From assembly GCA_041615815.1 (NCBI GenBank), contig JBFJCP010000004.1:32001-96000 (forward strand): a stretch of DNA of 64,000 bases, in the 5' to 3' direction. The notes beneath the pieces were generated by a model, which did no database searches, was not told where the DNA came from, and worked only from the letters and a program-made list of their open reading frames with translations. The DNA is from Gemmatimonadales bacterium. Lineage in GTDB: Bacteria > Gemmatimonadota > Gemmatimonadetes > Gemmatimonadales > GWC2-71-9. This document shows, piece after piece, positions 17,703 to 28,613 of this stretch (position 1 is its first letter; each line of letters opens with the position of its first letter). A program made the position numbers and the translations under genes.

Positions 17703-19837
17703 TACGCCCGCATCGGCAGTCGACGGATGCGGGTCCCGCGTGCCCGCGCGAGCGCATTAGCGACCGCCGGCGCAATGGGCGGCGTACCGATTTCCCCGAC
17801 CCCGCCGGGGGTCGGGTGTCCCGCGATCATGTGCACGTCGATTGCGGGCATTTCGTTCATTCGGAGCATCCGATAGTCGTGAAAATTGCTTTGCACCGCC
17901 CGCCCGTTCTGGATGGTGACTTCCCCGTAGAGTGCCGCGGTGAGGCCATAGACGACGGCACTCTCGAGCTGAGCCTCGACCGTGTTCGGATTGACGACGG
18001 GACCGCAATCGACGGCGCAGGTGACGCGATGAACACGAACGGTGTCGGCGGTGGCAGAAACCTCGGCCACCTGGGCCACGATGCTGCCGAAGGATTCGTG
18101 GAGCGCCAGGCCGCGTGCCCGACCCGTGGCGGCGGGCGTTCGCCAGCCGGCGCGTTCCGCCGCCATCTCCACCACCCGGCGATAGCGTGGCCGGCCGGCC
18201 AAGAGATGCTGGCGCAACGCGAGCGGATCGCGCGCCGTGGCGCGGGCAACCTCGTCCAGGAAACACTCGATGGCGAAGGCGTTCTGCGAGTGGTTGACCG
18301 ACCGCCAGAAGCCCACCGGGACCCCGGTATCCGCCCGATGATAATCCACCACCACATTCGGAATCTCGTAGGGGAGCTGCACGGCCCCCTCTACCGCTTC
18401 CTGGTCGACACCGTCCTTGATGAAATCCGGGAACACCCTGCCCATGACCGACGGGCACACGATCCGATGACTCCAGGCCACTGGCCATCCGTCGCCGTCC
18501 AACCCGGCGCGGAGGACGTGATAGGACGCCGGCCGATAGAAATCGTGCTGGATGTCGTCCTCGCGGGACCACACGACCTTGACGGGCCTGCCCGTTGCCT
18601 TCGACAGCTCGAGCGCGTCGGTCACGAAGTCGAGTTCGAAGCGGCGTCCGAATCCGCCACCCAGGAACGTGGTGTGGACCGCGATCTTTTCGGCTTCGAG
18701 CCCGGTGATGCTGGCCGCCAGCCGGCGGCATCCGCCTTGGTTTTGCGTCGGTGCCCACACGTCGCACCCGTCCGGCCGCACGTGTGCCGTCGCATTCATC
18801 GGCTCCATGGTGGCGTGTGCCAGGAACGGGAGCTCGTACACCGCCTGCACGGTGCGAGCCGCACGCGCCATGGCCTGATCAACATTGCCGTCGTTCCGAG
18901 CGACCGCTCCCGGACGCGCGGCCATTTCCCGAAACCGAGTGCTGATGGCGTCACTCGCGAGCTGTGCGTGCTCCCCTTCATCCCACGAGATCTTCAACGC
19001 ACGCTTCCCCTGCAGCGCGGACCAGTACGTATCCGCAAGCACGCCCACCCCGTGGTCCATGCGGACAACGCGCTGCACGCCCGGCACGGCGAGCGTGGCC
19101 CGGTCGTCGACGTCCGTCGCGTGTCCGCCGAACACCGGGCACCGGGCCACCGTCGCCACGACCATCCCCGGGACCCGTACGTCGATCCCAAAGGTGGCGG
19201 TGCCGTCCACTTTCTGCGGGGTGTCCAAGCGCGGGCGGGGTGTCCCGATGAGTTTGAAGTCCGCGGGATCCTTGAGAGGAACGGATTCCGGTACTCGCTG
19301 GCCGGCGGCAGCCTCGACCAGCGTGCCGTACGCGGCTCGGCGACCGCTGGGTGCGTGTTCGACGGCTCCGCGCTCGGCGCGGCATTCGGAGGCCGGCACG
19401 CCCCACTGCTCGGCGGCGGCGGCGATCAGCATGACCCGCGCCGCGGCGCCCGCTGTGCGGAGCGGCTCCCACGCCACACGCACACTCGTGCTCCCGCCCG
19501 TTGCCTGCGTGCCGACCAAAGGATTGGCATACGCCGGGTCGCCGGAGGCGAACGCGAAGCGGACGCTCTCCCAGTCCACTTCGAGCTCCTCGGCTACCAG
19601 CATCGGAAGCGCGGTTGCGACACCTTGTCCCATTTCCGAGCGGTCGACCAGGATCGTGACCACGCCCTCCGCGTCGATGCGAACCCACGCGTTGGGGGCG
19701 AAACCGTCCGCGCCCCTGGCTCGAGGGTCCGCGTCCCTGGGTCGGCAGGCCGGGAGGTGGACACCCAGCACGAGCGCGGCACTGGCCGCTCCTGTGACCT
19801 TCACGAAATCCCGTCGCGTCACCGCACGATTCGTCAT
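17702..19837 (-). CDS. iorB: Isoquinoline 1-oxidoreductase beta-like molybdopterin subunit, Tat-exported
   Basis: TRRDFVK Tat motif, SEMGQG, LGGGFGRR, WRSV, GGVGE. Confidence 0.88.
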   Translation of the reverse strand: MTNRAVTRRDFVKVTGAASAALVLGVHLPACRPRDADPRARGADGFAPNAWVRIDAEGVVTILVDRSEMGQGVATALPMLVAEELEVDWESVRFAFASGDPAYANPLVGTQATGGSTSVRVAWEPLRTAGAAARVMLIAAAAEQWGVPASECRAERGAVEHAPSGRRAAYGTLVEAAAGQRVPESVPLKDPADFKLIGTPRPRLDTPQKVDGTATFGIDVRVPGMVVATVARCPVFGGHATDVDDRATLAVPGVQRVVRMDHGVGVLADTYWSALQGKRALKISWDEGEHAQLASDAISTRFREMAARPGAVARNDGNVDQAMARAARTVQAVYELPFLAHATMEPMNATAHVRPDGCDVWAPTQNQGGCRRLAASITGLEAEKIAVHTTFLGGGFGRRFELDFVTDALELSKATGRPVKVVWSREDDIQHDFYRPASYHVLRAGLDGDGWPVAWSHRIVCPSVMGRVFPDFIKDGVDQEAVEGAVQLPYEIPNVVVDYHRADTGVPVGFWRSVNHSQNAFAIECFLDEVARATARDPLALRQHLLAGRPRYRRVVEMAAERAGWRTPAATGRARGLALHESFGSIVAQVAEVSATADTVRVHRVTCAVDCGPVVNPNTVEAQLESAVVYGLTAALYGEVTIQNGRAVQSNFHDYRMLRMNEMPAIDVHMIAGHPTPGGVGEIGTPPIAPAVANALARARGTRIRRLPMRA

Positions 19838-19838
19838 C

Positions 19839-20303
19839 TCACACCCCCCGCGGCGCCCGGGCGGCGCGGTGCACGGCCCGGCGGATTCGATTGTACGTAC
19901 CACAGCGGCACACGTTGCCCGACAGGGCGGCGTCGATATCGGCGTCGGAGGGATCGGGGTTCGCGGCCAGCAAGGCGGCGGCGCTCATGAGCTGTCCGGA
20001 TTGGCAATACCCGCATTGGGGAACGTCTTCATCGATCCAGGCTCGCTGCAGTGGATGCAGCGTGTCGCTCGCCAACCCCTCGATCGTGGTGATGGACTTG
20101 CCGGCCGCAGCGGCGATAGGTGTCGAGCACGACCGGACCGGTTGACCGTCGAGGTGGATGGTACACGCCCCGCATTGGGCGATCCCGCAGCCGAACTTAG
20201 TTCCCGGAAGCCCCACGACATCCCTGACGATCCAGAGAATGGGTACGTCGGGGGATACGTCGAGAGACTGCGGCACGCCATTCAGGCTGAAACTGATCGC
20301 CAT
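19839..20303 (-). CDS. iorA: (2Fe-2S)-binding IorA-like subunit
   Basis: [32 protein letters not shown]. Confidence 0.9.
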   Translation of the reverse strand: MAISFSLNGVPQSLDVSPDVPILWIVRDVVGLPGTKFGCGIAQCGACTIHLDGQPVRSCSTPIAAAAGKSITTIEGLASDTLHPLQRAWIDEDVPQCGYCQSGQLMSAAALLAANPDPSDADIDAALSGNVCRCGTYNRIRRAVHRAARAPRGV

Positions 20304-20458
20304 CGTACACGCTCCGATGGGGTTGGGGGTGCACGAAAGGTGGTGGAGCGACGGAAGCCGGTCAACGGGCAAGACGTGATGAGTGAGGACGTGGAGTGTA
20401 GCAGGTCGTCAGATCGCAGATTCCAGCATGCGGACGGCAGATCGTCTGTGGTGAGATC

Positions 20459-21184
20459 TCATTCTTCCTTGGGTGTGGATTCGCCTATGGGGTGCTCGGT
20501 GAGCCGGGCCGTTTGATCGGTGAGCCGCTCGAGCAGGTGGCGGAACCGGCGGTCCGTGCGGCGTGCCACAAGGCGCCAAAACGCTCTGGTACCCGTCCAA
20601 GCGACTCCGACGAGACCGGCTGAGATCCCTGTCCCCAGGAGGAACGATGGCTCCAACGTGGTCCACACCAGCGCCGACGCGGCCGTGGCCGCCACCCCAG
20701 CGCCGATCAGGGTCCAATGAGCCGGATCGTCGTACCGGCCGAGGAGGCGAATCCGCGTCCTTCCGTAGCGAGTGGCGATCTGCGCCTGGATGAGCGGGCC
20801 CTCGTCGGTCTTGTGCGTCCACTCGATTCCATCCGACAATTCGCGCACATCGCCCGATTTGGCCAATGTCCACCGAATGGTTTCCACCAGCTCGTCGAGC
20901 TCACGATTGTCGAGGTCTCCGCCCACAGTGCGTTCGAGCTGAAACGTGGTGGGGCCGCCAATGATACGTTCGAGGGTCCTGGGTTCCTCGGCCGACAGCG
21001 CGGCGGCGGCGCGCTGGACCGCTTCGGGATCGATACCGGCTTCGGTGGCAATGCGCTCGATTTCCGCGATGGTGTGGCCGGACGGCACGAGGTCCGCGGG
21101 GGCGAACTCCTCGAGTTGTGCGGCCAACTTGAGGATCAGCGCGGTTTCCCGTTCCGTGTATCGGCGTTCGGGCTCGATGGCCAT
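20459..21184 (-). CDS. Hypothetical membrane protein (2 C-terminal TM helices)
   Basis: ERRYTERETALILKLAAQLE...IERIATEAGIDP; protein-like composition. Confidence 0.7.
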   Translation of the reverse strand: MAIEPERRYTERETALILKLAAQLEEFAPADLVPSGHTIAEIERIATEAGIDPEAVQRAAAALSAEEPRTLERIIGGPTTFQLERTVGGDLDNRELDELVETIRWTLAKSGDVRELSDGIEWTHKTDEGPLIQAQIATRYGRTRIRLLGRYDDPAHWTLIGAGVAATAASALVWTTLEPSFLLGTGISAGLVGVAWTGTRAFWRLVARRTDRRFRHLLERLTDQTARLTEHPIGESTPKEE

Positions 21185-21378
21185 GCGGGAAAGGTCAGGT
21201 CCGCGGAAGACACCGTCAACCGAAACGCCATGCGGTTGCCCATGATGGCCTGGAGCAAGGAGCGGGCACGGTGTCAAAGCACCCGTCGCCCGTGCCCCGT
21301 TTGTTGTCGCGTCAGGTCACGTCCGTACCCATGGTTGGATGGGATCCGCACGGTCCATCCGGTGCGCCAGGAGATACG

Positions 21379-22368
21379 ATGATTTGGCTCGTGCTCGGGC
21401 TTGGGACGCTGTTCCTCGGGATACTCCTCGTGCGGTACATGGTTTCGATGCCATCGCGATCGCACCGTGGATCCCTCCCGCCACTCAGCGAAGCGGAAGC
21501 GGTGGTGGCGATCCAGCTTCGGCGGCACGTCGAGATGTTGGCGCATGCGATCGGCGAGCGCCACCTGTACCGCCCCGCCGCCCTGGAGGCGGCGGCCGAT
21601 TATATCTCCGCCGAATTGACGGCCGCGGGGCTCCCGGTCGTGTCGCAGCGCTTTGCCGTTCAGGGAGTAGAGGTGCGAAATCTCATTGCGACCGTTGACG
21701 GCGCGGACCTTGGGCAGGAGATCGTCGTCATCGGCGCCCACTACGACTCCGTGCCGGGGTGTCCGGCTGCCAACGACAATGGATCGGGTGTGGCGGCCAT
21801 GCTGGAGCTGGGGCGGTTGTGGTCGGGGCGCCCGTGCCGAAGAACCTTGCGCTTGGTAGCGTTCGTCAACGAGGAACCGCCTTTTTGCTTTACGAGTGCC
21901 ATGGGAAGCCGCCGATACGCGCGTGTCTGTCGCCGTCGGAACGACGACGTAGTGGCCATGGCATCGTTGGAGACGATCGGGTGGTACTCGGAAGCGCCCG
22001 GGAGTCAGCGGTATCCCCCGCCGTTTGGATTGTTCTATCCCAAGGTCGGGAATTTCATTGGCTTCGTGGGTAATCTGCGGTCCCGGCGGTTGGTCCAACG
22101 GTGCGTGGGATGGTTTCGACGTGGCGTTGCCTTCCCGTCTGAGGGAACGGCCGCACCGGGATACCTGCCGGGAATTTTCTGGTCGGATCACTGGTCGTTT
22201 TGGCGCGAGGGGTACCGCGCCCTGATGGTGACCGACACAGCCCCGTTCCGGTATCCGTATTACCATACGGCGCAGGATACCGCCGACAGAGTCGACTATG
22301 AACGGACCGCGCGGGTGGTTACCGGCCTGAACCGCGTGATCGAGGGACTGGTGAACGAGACGATGTGA
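21379..22368 (+). CDS. M28 family metallopeptidase
   Basis: IGAHYDS, ANDNGSG, NEEPP, WSDH, YHTAQD; AGGAG RBS. Confidence 0.9.
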   Translation: MIWLVLGLGTLFLGILLVRYMVSMPSRSHRGSLPPLSEAEAVVAIQLRRHVEMLAHAIGERHLYRPAALEAAADYISAELTAAGLPVVSQRFAVQGVEVRNLIATVDGADLGQEIVVIGAHYDSVPGCPAANDNGSGVAAMLELGRLWSGRPCRRTLRLVAFVNEEPPFCFTSAMGSRRYARVCRRRNDDVVAMASLETIGWYSEAPGSQRYPPPFGLFYPKVGNFIGFVGNLRSRRLVQRCVGWFRRGVAFPSEGTAAPGYLPGIFWSDHWSFWREGYRALMVTDTAPFRYPYYHTAQDTADRVDYERTARVVTGLNRVIEGLVNETM

Positions 22369-22369
22369 A

Positions 22370-22399
22370 GAGTGAGGCGGGCCAGCTCCGGCCTCACTC
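22370..22399. terminator. Hairpin between convergent genes
   Basis: GAGTGAGGC...GCCTCACTC inverted repeat; no U-tract. Confidence 0.45.
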
Positions 22400-22414
22400 G
22401 TCACGCTGCACCGT

Positions 22415-24868
22415 TCATCGTCCGATCGGCGTTCCCGACGGTGGTGTCAGCGGCGCGCTGCGACCGGTGGCCTCGTCACGTCGCTGCAGGAATCGTTCGA
22501 TGTCGGACCACGCGAGCACCCGGTGGGCTTCGTCGGGTGGGCGTGTGGTGGTGCTGGACTGGATCAGCTCGGTGATGCGCCGGAGCCCCCATTCCGCTGC
22601 GGCCCGAACTTCCACGGTCGCGTCCGAGTTGGCGGCGAGGGCAATGAGCTCATCCACCACGACGCGCTCCACAACACGACGGAGTGCGGGGAGTCGCGGC
22701 TCGGGTCCTGCGCCCCACGTCCGGTCGATGAGGCGTCCTACGATCTCCTCCAATGGCGGTGCGTCGGGATCTCGGGCGGCGAAGGTGACGACGCGATGTG
22801 CCCGCTCCGGTGTCAACAGCCCGCCGACGATCATCGCGGCCAGGGTACGCGCGGCTCCTAAATGATCGAAGGCGGAGCCGGCGTCGGATCGAAACGCCCG
22901 GTCGTGCGCCGCAAATCCGAACGGTCGGGGAGCTAGATTGGCGAGAATGCGCTCCGGAATGGCGAGGGCGCTCGGGTCGAGAGCATCCAGCACGAGCTCG
23001 AGCGCGCGTCGCTGGCGGTCTGCGTCGATGATCCGCGTCACGGGGGCCTCGTCGCCCCGGAGCCCGTACCGGAACGCCATTCCTCCCACAGTCTTGATGG
23101 CAGCTTCCAGCGTATACCGGTGGTGGAGATAGACGGTGGCCAGGCGGCGGCTGAGGTTCGCATAGGGCTCACCTTCGGCCACGGCGGTCGCATCGAACGC
23201 ATCCAGCAGGGCTCGTCGCACGAAGGTGACCCGCCCGAGCTCGGCCAGCATATCCGTGCCGTTCACCCAGACACTGGCTTCGGGATACGACCCCGATGCG
23301 CCCTGGTCCGGGTTGGTGATGAATTCGAATCCCAGGGCAGCAGCCTCCTGGAGCAACGCTTGAAGGCCGCTGGCTTCCTCTTCGGGCGCGAACGGTGTGT
23401 ACGCATAGCGGATTGCCAAGGTGTCGTACGCCCCGGGGCCATCGCGATATGCCTGGGACAAATCGATGGCGCCGTTGGTGATTTGAATGAACGGGGCGGG
23501 GTAGTCCATTACGGAGGCGCGGCCGTAGCTGGTCGCGATGAAATTGTGGGCCAAGCCGAGGGTGTGTCCGACCTCGTGGGCCGAGTGCTGCCGGCGGCGG
23601 GCCATCACGAATTCCTCAGCGCCTACGGTCTGATCGAGCGAAGCGACCCAGCGGACGAGTCCGGGATCCGTGGAGAGCGCGTCGTCCGGCGTCTCTTGGT
23701 CCACAGCGGGACGGGTGCTCGCGAAGATGTCCTGGTCCACCAAGGATCGGTGAGAATCCATGCGCACGGCGGCCTTGATGATCTCGCCGGTGCGGGGGTC
23801 CACGAAGGAGGGGCCAATGGATGAGCCCGCTTCCGTGCGATGGACCCATTGGATCACGTGGTATCGGGCATCCAGGGGATCCATGTCTGGTGGCATATCC
23901 TCGATGCGGAACGCGTCGATGAAGCCCGCGGATTCGAATACGCGATTCCACCACATCGCGCCCTCACGGAAGGCGGTGCGGTACGGCTCGGGAATGGCCC
24001 GATCCATGTAGTAGACGATCGGTTCGAGGGGCTCGCTCCGGTCCGCGAGCGGATTTCGCTTCGCCAGGCGATGTCGGACGATGTAGCGGGACTCGTAGTC
24101 TTGATCGAAGGGCTTGGCGTAGTCGTTGAACACGATGGGGAACACGCCGACGCGGGGGTCGAATTGTCGGGGCCGGTAGCCGTCGTCCGGCAACTGGACG
24201 AAGGAGTGATGCTGTCGGAGTGTGACGGCGCGCCCGTCGGGTGCGTGACGGTTGATCTCCTGGGCGGGATCCGTGATAGCGAAGGTGAGTGCTGCCTCCA
24301 CCTCGGTGTTTTGCGGGAAGGCTTTGGTGCCCGCGAGGTAGATGGTGCTCCGCTGTGCATCCAGCCGGACGCCGCGATTGTCTCGCTCCAGCGTGGCCCC
24401 GACGTTCATGACGTCGGTGAGAAAATAGTCCGTGGCATCGACGAGCACGCGCCCACTCTGCTCGGCGACGATGTCAAAAGACGCGAGGGTGGATACGGGG
24501 AACGACTCGACGACGGAGCGGCGGAGCGCGTCGTTGCCGCTCGTCGCCCGGTATCGGGGGTTCTGGAGCACGAAGAGTATGCGTGGGCCAACCCGCTCGA
24601 ATCGGCCGAGTTGCTCGTCGCCGATCATCCCACGGTCCAAGCCGAGGCTCCGAGATCCGATGCCCGTGACGAGCGATGTGAGATAGAGAAACTCGCGCTG
24701 CACGTCCGGGATCTCGAGGAACAGGCGGCCCTTTGCCGCGTCCCAGTAGAGGGAATAAAAGCCGCTGTGGCGTTGCATCCCTCTCGTGTATTCGTCGATC
24801 GACTGTTGAGCCTGAGCAGGAGCGATGGCCAGGGCGACGGCGGAGAGAACGAGGCTCACTCGAATCAT
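22415..24868 (-). CDS. Exported zinc metalloprotease (DUF5117/DUF4953, EcxA-like metzincin)
   Basis: HEVGHTLGLAHNF, SVMDY Met-turn, DPRTGEI; signal peptide; GGAGG RBS. Confidence 0.9.
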   Translation of the reverse strand: MIRVSLVLSAVALAIAPAQAQQSIDEYTRGMQRHSGFYSLYWDAAKGRLFLEIPDVQREFLYLTSLVTGIGSRSLGLDRGMIGDEQLGRFERVGPRILFVLQNPRYRATSGNDALRRSVVESFPVSTLASFDIVAEQSGRVLVDATDYFLTDVMNVGATLERDNRGVRLDAQRSTIYLAGTKAFPQNTEVEAALTFAITDPAQEINRHAPDGRAVTLRQHHSFVQLPDDGYRPRQFDPRVGVFPIVFNDYAKPFDQDYESRYIVRHRLAKRNPLADRSEPLEPIVYYMDRAIPEPYRTAFREGAMWWNRVFESAGFIDAFRIEDMPPDMDPLDARYHVIQWVHRTEAGSSIGPSFVDPRTGEIIKAAVRMDSHRSLVDQDIFASTRPAVDQETPDDALSTDPGLVRWVASLDQTVGAEEFVMARRRQHSAHEVGHTLGLAHNFIATSYGRASVMDYPAPFIQITNGAIDLSQAYRDGPGAYDTLAIRYAYTPFAPEEEASGLQALLQEAAALGFEFITNPDQGASGSYPEASVWVNGTDMLAELGRVTFVRRALLDAFDATAVAEGEPYANLSRRLATVYLHHRYTLEAAIKTVGGMAFRYGLRGDEAPVTRIIDADRQRRALELVLDALDPSALAIPERILANLAPRPFGFAAHDRAFRSDAGSAFDHLGAARTLAAMIVGGLLTPERAHRVVTFAARDPDAPPLEEIVGRLIDRTWGAGPEPRLPALRRVVERVVVDELIALAANSDATVEVRAAAEWGLRRITELIQSSTTTRPPDEAHRVLAWSDIERFLQRRDEATGRSAPLTPPSGTPIGR

Positions 24869-25020
24869 GATTCCTCCAAAGGGCGCTTCGCGGCTTGCTG
24901 GGAGGGATGGGCGGGCGACGGGGATTGTGGAAAATGTCACTCCCGCCCCCCAAATGCCCTATTATAGGTAGTCCGACGGTCGGCTCGCGAGAGCCCAGCG
25001 ATTGCCCACCGGAGGTCCCA

Positions 25021-25551
25021 ATGTCCCATTCACCGTTGACGGTGGCCGGCATGGCCATCGGTCTCCTGGTCGTCTTGCCCCAGATGAGTGAGGCGCAAGA
25101 TCGCCATCCCCACAGTGAGCCCTTCCCCGGCCACATCGCCGAGCTCGGGCTCCGGACCGGGTACGACGCGCAGCTTGGCGTGGCGAGCGCGGGCGGACAA
25201 TTGCGATTCCCACTGGGGCTGTTCGTGGAGATTCTCGCCAGTGGCGACTACTTCCTCTCGGAGGGGGTGAGTCAGTGGCAGGCCAACGCGGACGCGGGGT
25301 TTCGACCGCTGCCCACGGAGTTGATCTATGGAGGGATCGGGCTTTCCATAGCCCGCCGCGTCCTAGAGCCGCAGGAGCGTCCCGGACCGCTTACCCGCCC
25401 GGGTGTGAATCTTCTGGGTGGAATCGCCACGCCCCGCCAACTGCGGTCCAGCATTCGCCCGTACGCCGAAGCCCGATGGACCTTCATCCGGGACTATGAC
25501 AGGCAGTTCAGTCTCGTTGGCGGGATCAACGTCAGATTGGGCAAGCGCTAG
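25021..25551 (+). CDS. Small putative outer-membrane beta-barrel protein
   Basis: GGAGG RBS, signal peptide, amphipathic strands (RPYAEARW, FSLVGGINVRL). Confidence 0.65.
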   Translation: MSHSPLTVAGMAIGLLVVLPQMSEAQDRHPHSEPFPGHIAELGLRTGYDAQLGVASAGGQLRFPLGLFVEILASGDYFLSEGVSQWQANADAGFRPLPTELIYGGIGLSIARRVLEPQERPGPLTRPGVNLLGGIATPRQLRSSIRPYAEARWTFIRDYDRQFSLVGGINVRLGKR

Positions 25552-26081
25552 TCCCGATGGAGCGGCGCGGCCAACAAGATCTGGCCCTGGAGCGTGGGCG
25601 GGATCAGCACGCGGTCGATCAAGTGGATCACGCCGTTGGAAGCCCCGATGTCGGTCTGGAGGATCGCGGCATTTTCGATCCGCGGTCCCCCAGACGTGCT
25701 CAACGTGATCGTCTGGCGCGTGGCCGTAAGGAGCTGGCCACCGACATCGAAATCGTTACTGAAGACCAGCACCACCGATATGTGATACCCGGCCACCTGG
25801 AACGCCACGGCGGGATCCGCGAAGATCGTGTCGCGAGTGGACGCGGCCAGTGCGGCAAACGCATCGTCGGTGGGCGCGAAGACGGTGAATGGTCCCTCAT
25901 CTTGCAGCGAGGTCTCGAGGATCGTGCCCTCGAGCGCCGACGCAAGACTGGTGGTGTTGGTGAGAGATCGGAGCGCTTCGAGCAGCGTGAGGTCTTCGGT
26001 GCCGAACGGGTCACTGTTGCAGGCTAGGCTCGCGCCAATTGCTGCCAGCGCCGCGAGCTGGGCGAATCGCTTGGATCCCAT
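25548..26081 (-). CDS. Fasciclin (FAS1) domain lipoprotein
   Basis: GPFTVFAPTDDAF, ASNGVIHLIDRVL; SLAC lipobox. Confidence 0.9.
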   Translation of the reverse strand: MGSKRFAQLAALAAIGASLACNSDPFGTEDLTLLEALRSLTNTTSLASALEGTILETSLQDEGPFTVFAPTDDAFAALAASTRDTIFADPAVAFQVAGYHISVVLVFSNDFDVGGQLLTATRQTITLSTSGGPRIENAAILQTDIGASNGVIHLIDRVLIPPTLQGQILLAAPLHRD

Positions 26082-26115
26082 CTTCCACCTTGTCACCGGA
26101 CGGTCGTGAGGTTGA

Positions 26116-26144
26116 AGGCTGGCCAGGTGTTGGAAGCATGTCAA
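26116..26144 (-). promoter_or_regulatory. Sigma70-like promoter for fasciclin gene
   Basis: TTGACA-N17-CAGCCT. Confidence 0.5.
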
Positions 26145-26214
26145 CCGGGCGGTCATCGAGGCTTGCCCGAGGTTCACGATGTCATCAGCTTAGAGGCGCT
26201 CTGGGAGCCAAAAG

Positions 26215-27231
26215 GTGACTGCCGCGATCCTCGTCCTACTCGTCGTCCTCGTCGTGCTCGTGGGCTTCCTCCTGCTCCAACTACGGGCGGCGTCGCCGGC
26301 GACCGCGACGATTCTCCAGCAACAACTGATTGAGGTGCGGGCACGGCTCGATGCCTTGGTAGAAGCCCAGCGCGAGCTTCCGACTACCGTCACCAGCGGG
26401 AATCTCGAACAAGCCCGTGCCCTCGCCGATGTGCGCGAGCGAATGGCACAGCTCACAGAGGTCACGCGGCGCTTGGAGCAGGTGGGCGAATCCGTCTCCG
26501 AGGTTCACGAGCTGCTGCGGGTCCCGAAGTTGCGCGGCAATCTCGGTGAGGTGTGGTTGGAAGAGTTACTGCGGCAGGTGTTCCCGAGCTCACTCTACTC
26601 GACACAGTACTCGTTCACAACCGGTGAGCGGGTGGACGCCGTCCTCCGGGTGGGGGATCGTCTGGTATCCATCGATGCGAAGTTTCCTCTCGAAGCGTGC
26701 CAGCGTATGGCGGCTGGAGACGATCAGGACCGGCTACGGAGCGCGTTTCGTCGGTCGCTGAAGCAACGCATCGATGAGATCGCCGCCAAGTACATCCGTC
26801 CCGAAGAAGGGACCTATGGGTTCGCCATGATGTATGTCCCGGCGGAAGCGGTGTACTACGAGGCCATCGTGCGGGGTGAGGATTTGGAGGATGGCGCGAG
26901 TGTCATGGCCTACGCCTTGAATCGACGTGTGATCATCGTTTCCCCCAACACGTTTTACGCCTATCTGGTCGCTCTCCTGCACGGGCTGCGTGGTCTCGAG
27001 GTGGATCAGCGAGCGCAGGAGATCTTGAACGCCCTCGTGGGCGTGCAGCAACAAGTGGAGCGGTTCCAACGGTCGTTCGACGTGTTGGGCCGACACCTCG
27101 AACACGCGGGACGGCAGCACAGTGCCTCGCGGCGGCAACTCCAGCGCCTCCAAGACGTCCTCGCTCAGCTTGGTGGTGTCGAGCTGTCCGGCGACCACCC
27201 GGCGCTCAGGGTCGAGGAGGGTGGGAGATGA
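26215..27231 (+). CDS. rmuC: DNA recombination protein RmuC
   Basis: RGNLGEVWLEELL, IDAKFPL, KYIRPEEGT, IIVSPNTF. Confidence 0.92.
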   Translation: MTAAILVLLVVLVVLVGFLLLQLRAASPATATILQQQLIEVRARLDALVEAQRELPTTVTSGNLEQARALADVRERMAQLTEVTRRLEQVGESVSEVHELLRVPKLRGNLGEVWLEELLRQVFPSSLYSTQYSFTTGERVDAVLRVGDRLVSIDAKFPLEACQRMAAGDDQDRLRSAFRRSLKQRIDEIAAKYIRPEEGTYGFAMMYVPAEAVYYEAIVRGEDLEDGASVMAYALNRRVIIVSPNTFYAYLVALLHGLRGLEVDQRAQEILNALVGVQQQVERFQRSFDVLGRHLEHAGRQHSASRRQLQRLQDVLAQLGGVELSGDHPALRVEEGGR

Positions 27232-27890
27232 GTCTAGTCCTTCAGGTCGCCATCGCCTTTGCCGCCGCCAGTCTCCTGCTGTTTCTCCTGGGCATCGTCG
27301 CGGTCCGCAAGCGCCGCTATCTGCTCGTAGGCATGCTCCTCATGCTGGCCGTCCTCTCGATGTCCGTGGCTGGTCTCTGCGCCACGATCAGCGTGGCCAC
27401 ACGAGGCTATCGGGCCCTCACGCATGAGGAGGTGGCCGCCGTTGTCGAGACCCGGCCCACGGGACCCCAGAGCTTCGCCGCCGACTTTGCATTCGCGGAC
27501 GGGCGAACGGCCACCTACACGTTGAATGGCGAGGAATTGTACGTCGACGCCCACATCCTGAAATGGAAACCCATTGCCAATCTGCTGGGTCTCCATACGG
27601 CCTACGAGCTGGACCGCGTGGCCGGGCGCTACACCGACCTCGAGGACGAGCAGACGCTACCCCGATCGGTGTTCTCGATTGCCGAAGAGAAACCGGTCGA
27701 CATGTTCGACCTGCGCCGGCGGTTGTTGCTGTTCCGGCCACTGGTGGACGCGGAATACGGATCCGCGACGTTCATTCTGGCCAATCGCCCCGCCCGATAC
27801 GAGATCCGGGTGAGCACGACGGGCCTCCTGGTACGACCGGCCCCACCCACGCCATCGGAGCCGCAGGGTGAGCCACGAAGTGGCGGGTGA
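27228..27890 (+). CDS. Hypothetical membrane protein
   Basis: Two N-terminal TM helices; ATGA overlap with rmuC; YELDRVAGRY, VDAEYGSATF. Confidence 0.75.
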   Translation: MSLVLQVAIAFAAASLLLFLLGIVAVRKRRYLLVGMLLMLAVLSMSVAGLCATISVATRGYRALTHEEVAAVVETRPTGPQSFAADFAFADGRTATYTLNGEELYVDAHILKWKPIANLLGLHTAYELDRVAGRYTDLEDEQTLPRSVFSIAEEKPVDMFDLRRRLLLFRPLVDAEYGSATFILANRPARYEIRVSTTGLLVRPAPPTPSEPQGEPRSGG

Positions 27891-27893
27891 GTC

Positions 27894-28613
27894 TCAGTTT
27901 GAATGGAACACGACCAGCTGCGGACGGTTGGCCGCGACGGAATTGTTGCGTGAGTCGAATCGCTTCGCCGTCGTCTGCCCCCCTTCGTCTCCAATGACAA
28001 TCCACCCAAAGTTGTTGCCAGGATCGATCCGCCAGCCCTCCACGTCGGCCGTCATCGTCGCAGACCGCCAGCTGTAGGATCCCGTGGATAGCACCTCGGT
28101 GACAGCGCTCGCCGTGGGATCGAAGTCGCCTCCGGGCGTCGTCCACAACGTGCCGTCGTGAAACGTGTGCAGCCACGTGGCGTCACCGGCGGCCGCCCGC
28201 GCGCCCATGCCCTCCGCGCCTCCGGCGTCCGAGCCGGCCTCGCCCCAGTCCGCTTGGAGCCGATGAAGTCGAATCATCACCGGCCCCGCGATGGTTCGAC
28301 CCATCCGCATGGTCAGCCGTACGCTATCGATGGTGGCGCCAGATGGGATACCCCCGCCCGCGATATCGAAACGCAGTAGGGCACGTCGCAGCGCTCCCTG
28401 GTTGGTCGCGCTCGTGGCGCCGGCAAACATGAACTCTCCGGCACCGTTGCTCAGGGTATCGCTCTCGGCGTAGAGCGTGTTGTCTCGATCCGGAGACAGC
28501 GTGACGGCGTTGGCGGGTGGCGGCCCATTCCCCGGTGGGGACGTGGGATCACCACTGCAAGCGGTGGACATCCAGACCACTGACACAATAGCAATGGTTC
28601 GGGCGTGAATCAC
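27894..28613 (-). CDS. DNRLRE-domain (CBM96-like) lipoprotein
   Basis: STAC lipobox, DNTLY, RRALLRFD, NFGWIV, FDSRNN...RPQLVV; start uncertain. Confidence 0.75.
   Translation of the reverse strand: MIHARTIAIVSVVWMSTACSGDPTSPPGNGPPPANAVTLSPDRDNTLYAESDTLSNGAGEFMFAGATSATNQGALRRALLRFDIAGGGIPSGATIDSVRLTMRMGRTIAGPVMIRLHRLQADWGEAGSDAGGAEGMGARAAAGDATWLHTFHDGTLWTTPGGDFDPTASAVTEVLSTGSYSWRSATMTADVEGWRIDPGNNFGWIVIGDEGGQTTAKRFDSRNNSVAANRPQLVVFHSN

Noticed and set aside
17663..20516. Long plus-strand ORFs (775 and 543 aa)
   Set aside because: Antisense to iorAB; expected from GC-rich codon bias. The same applies to 11545-13062, 34493-35509 and 37618-38988.
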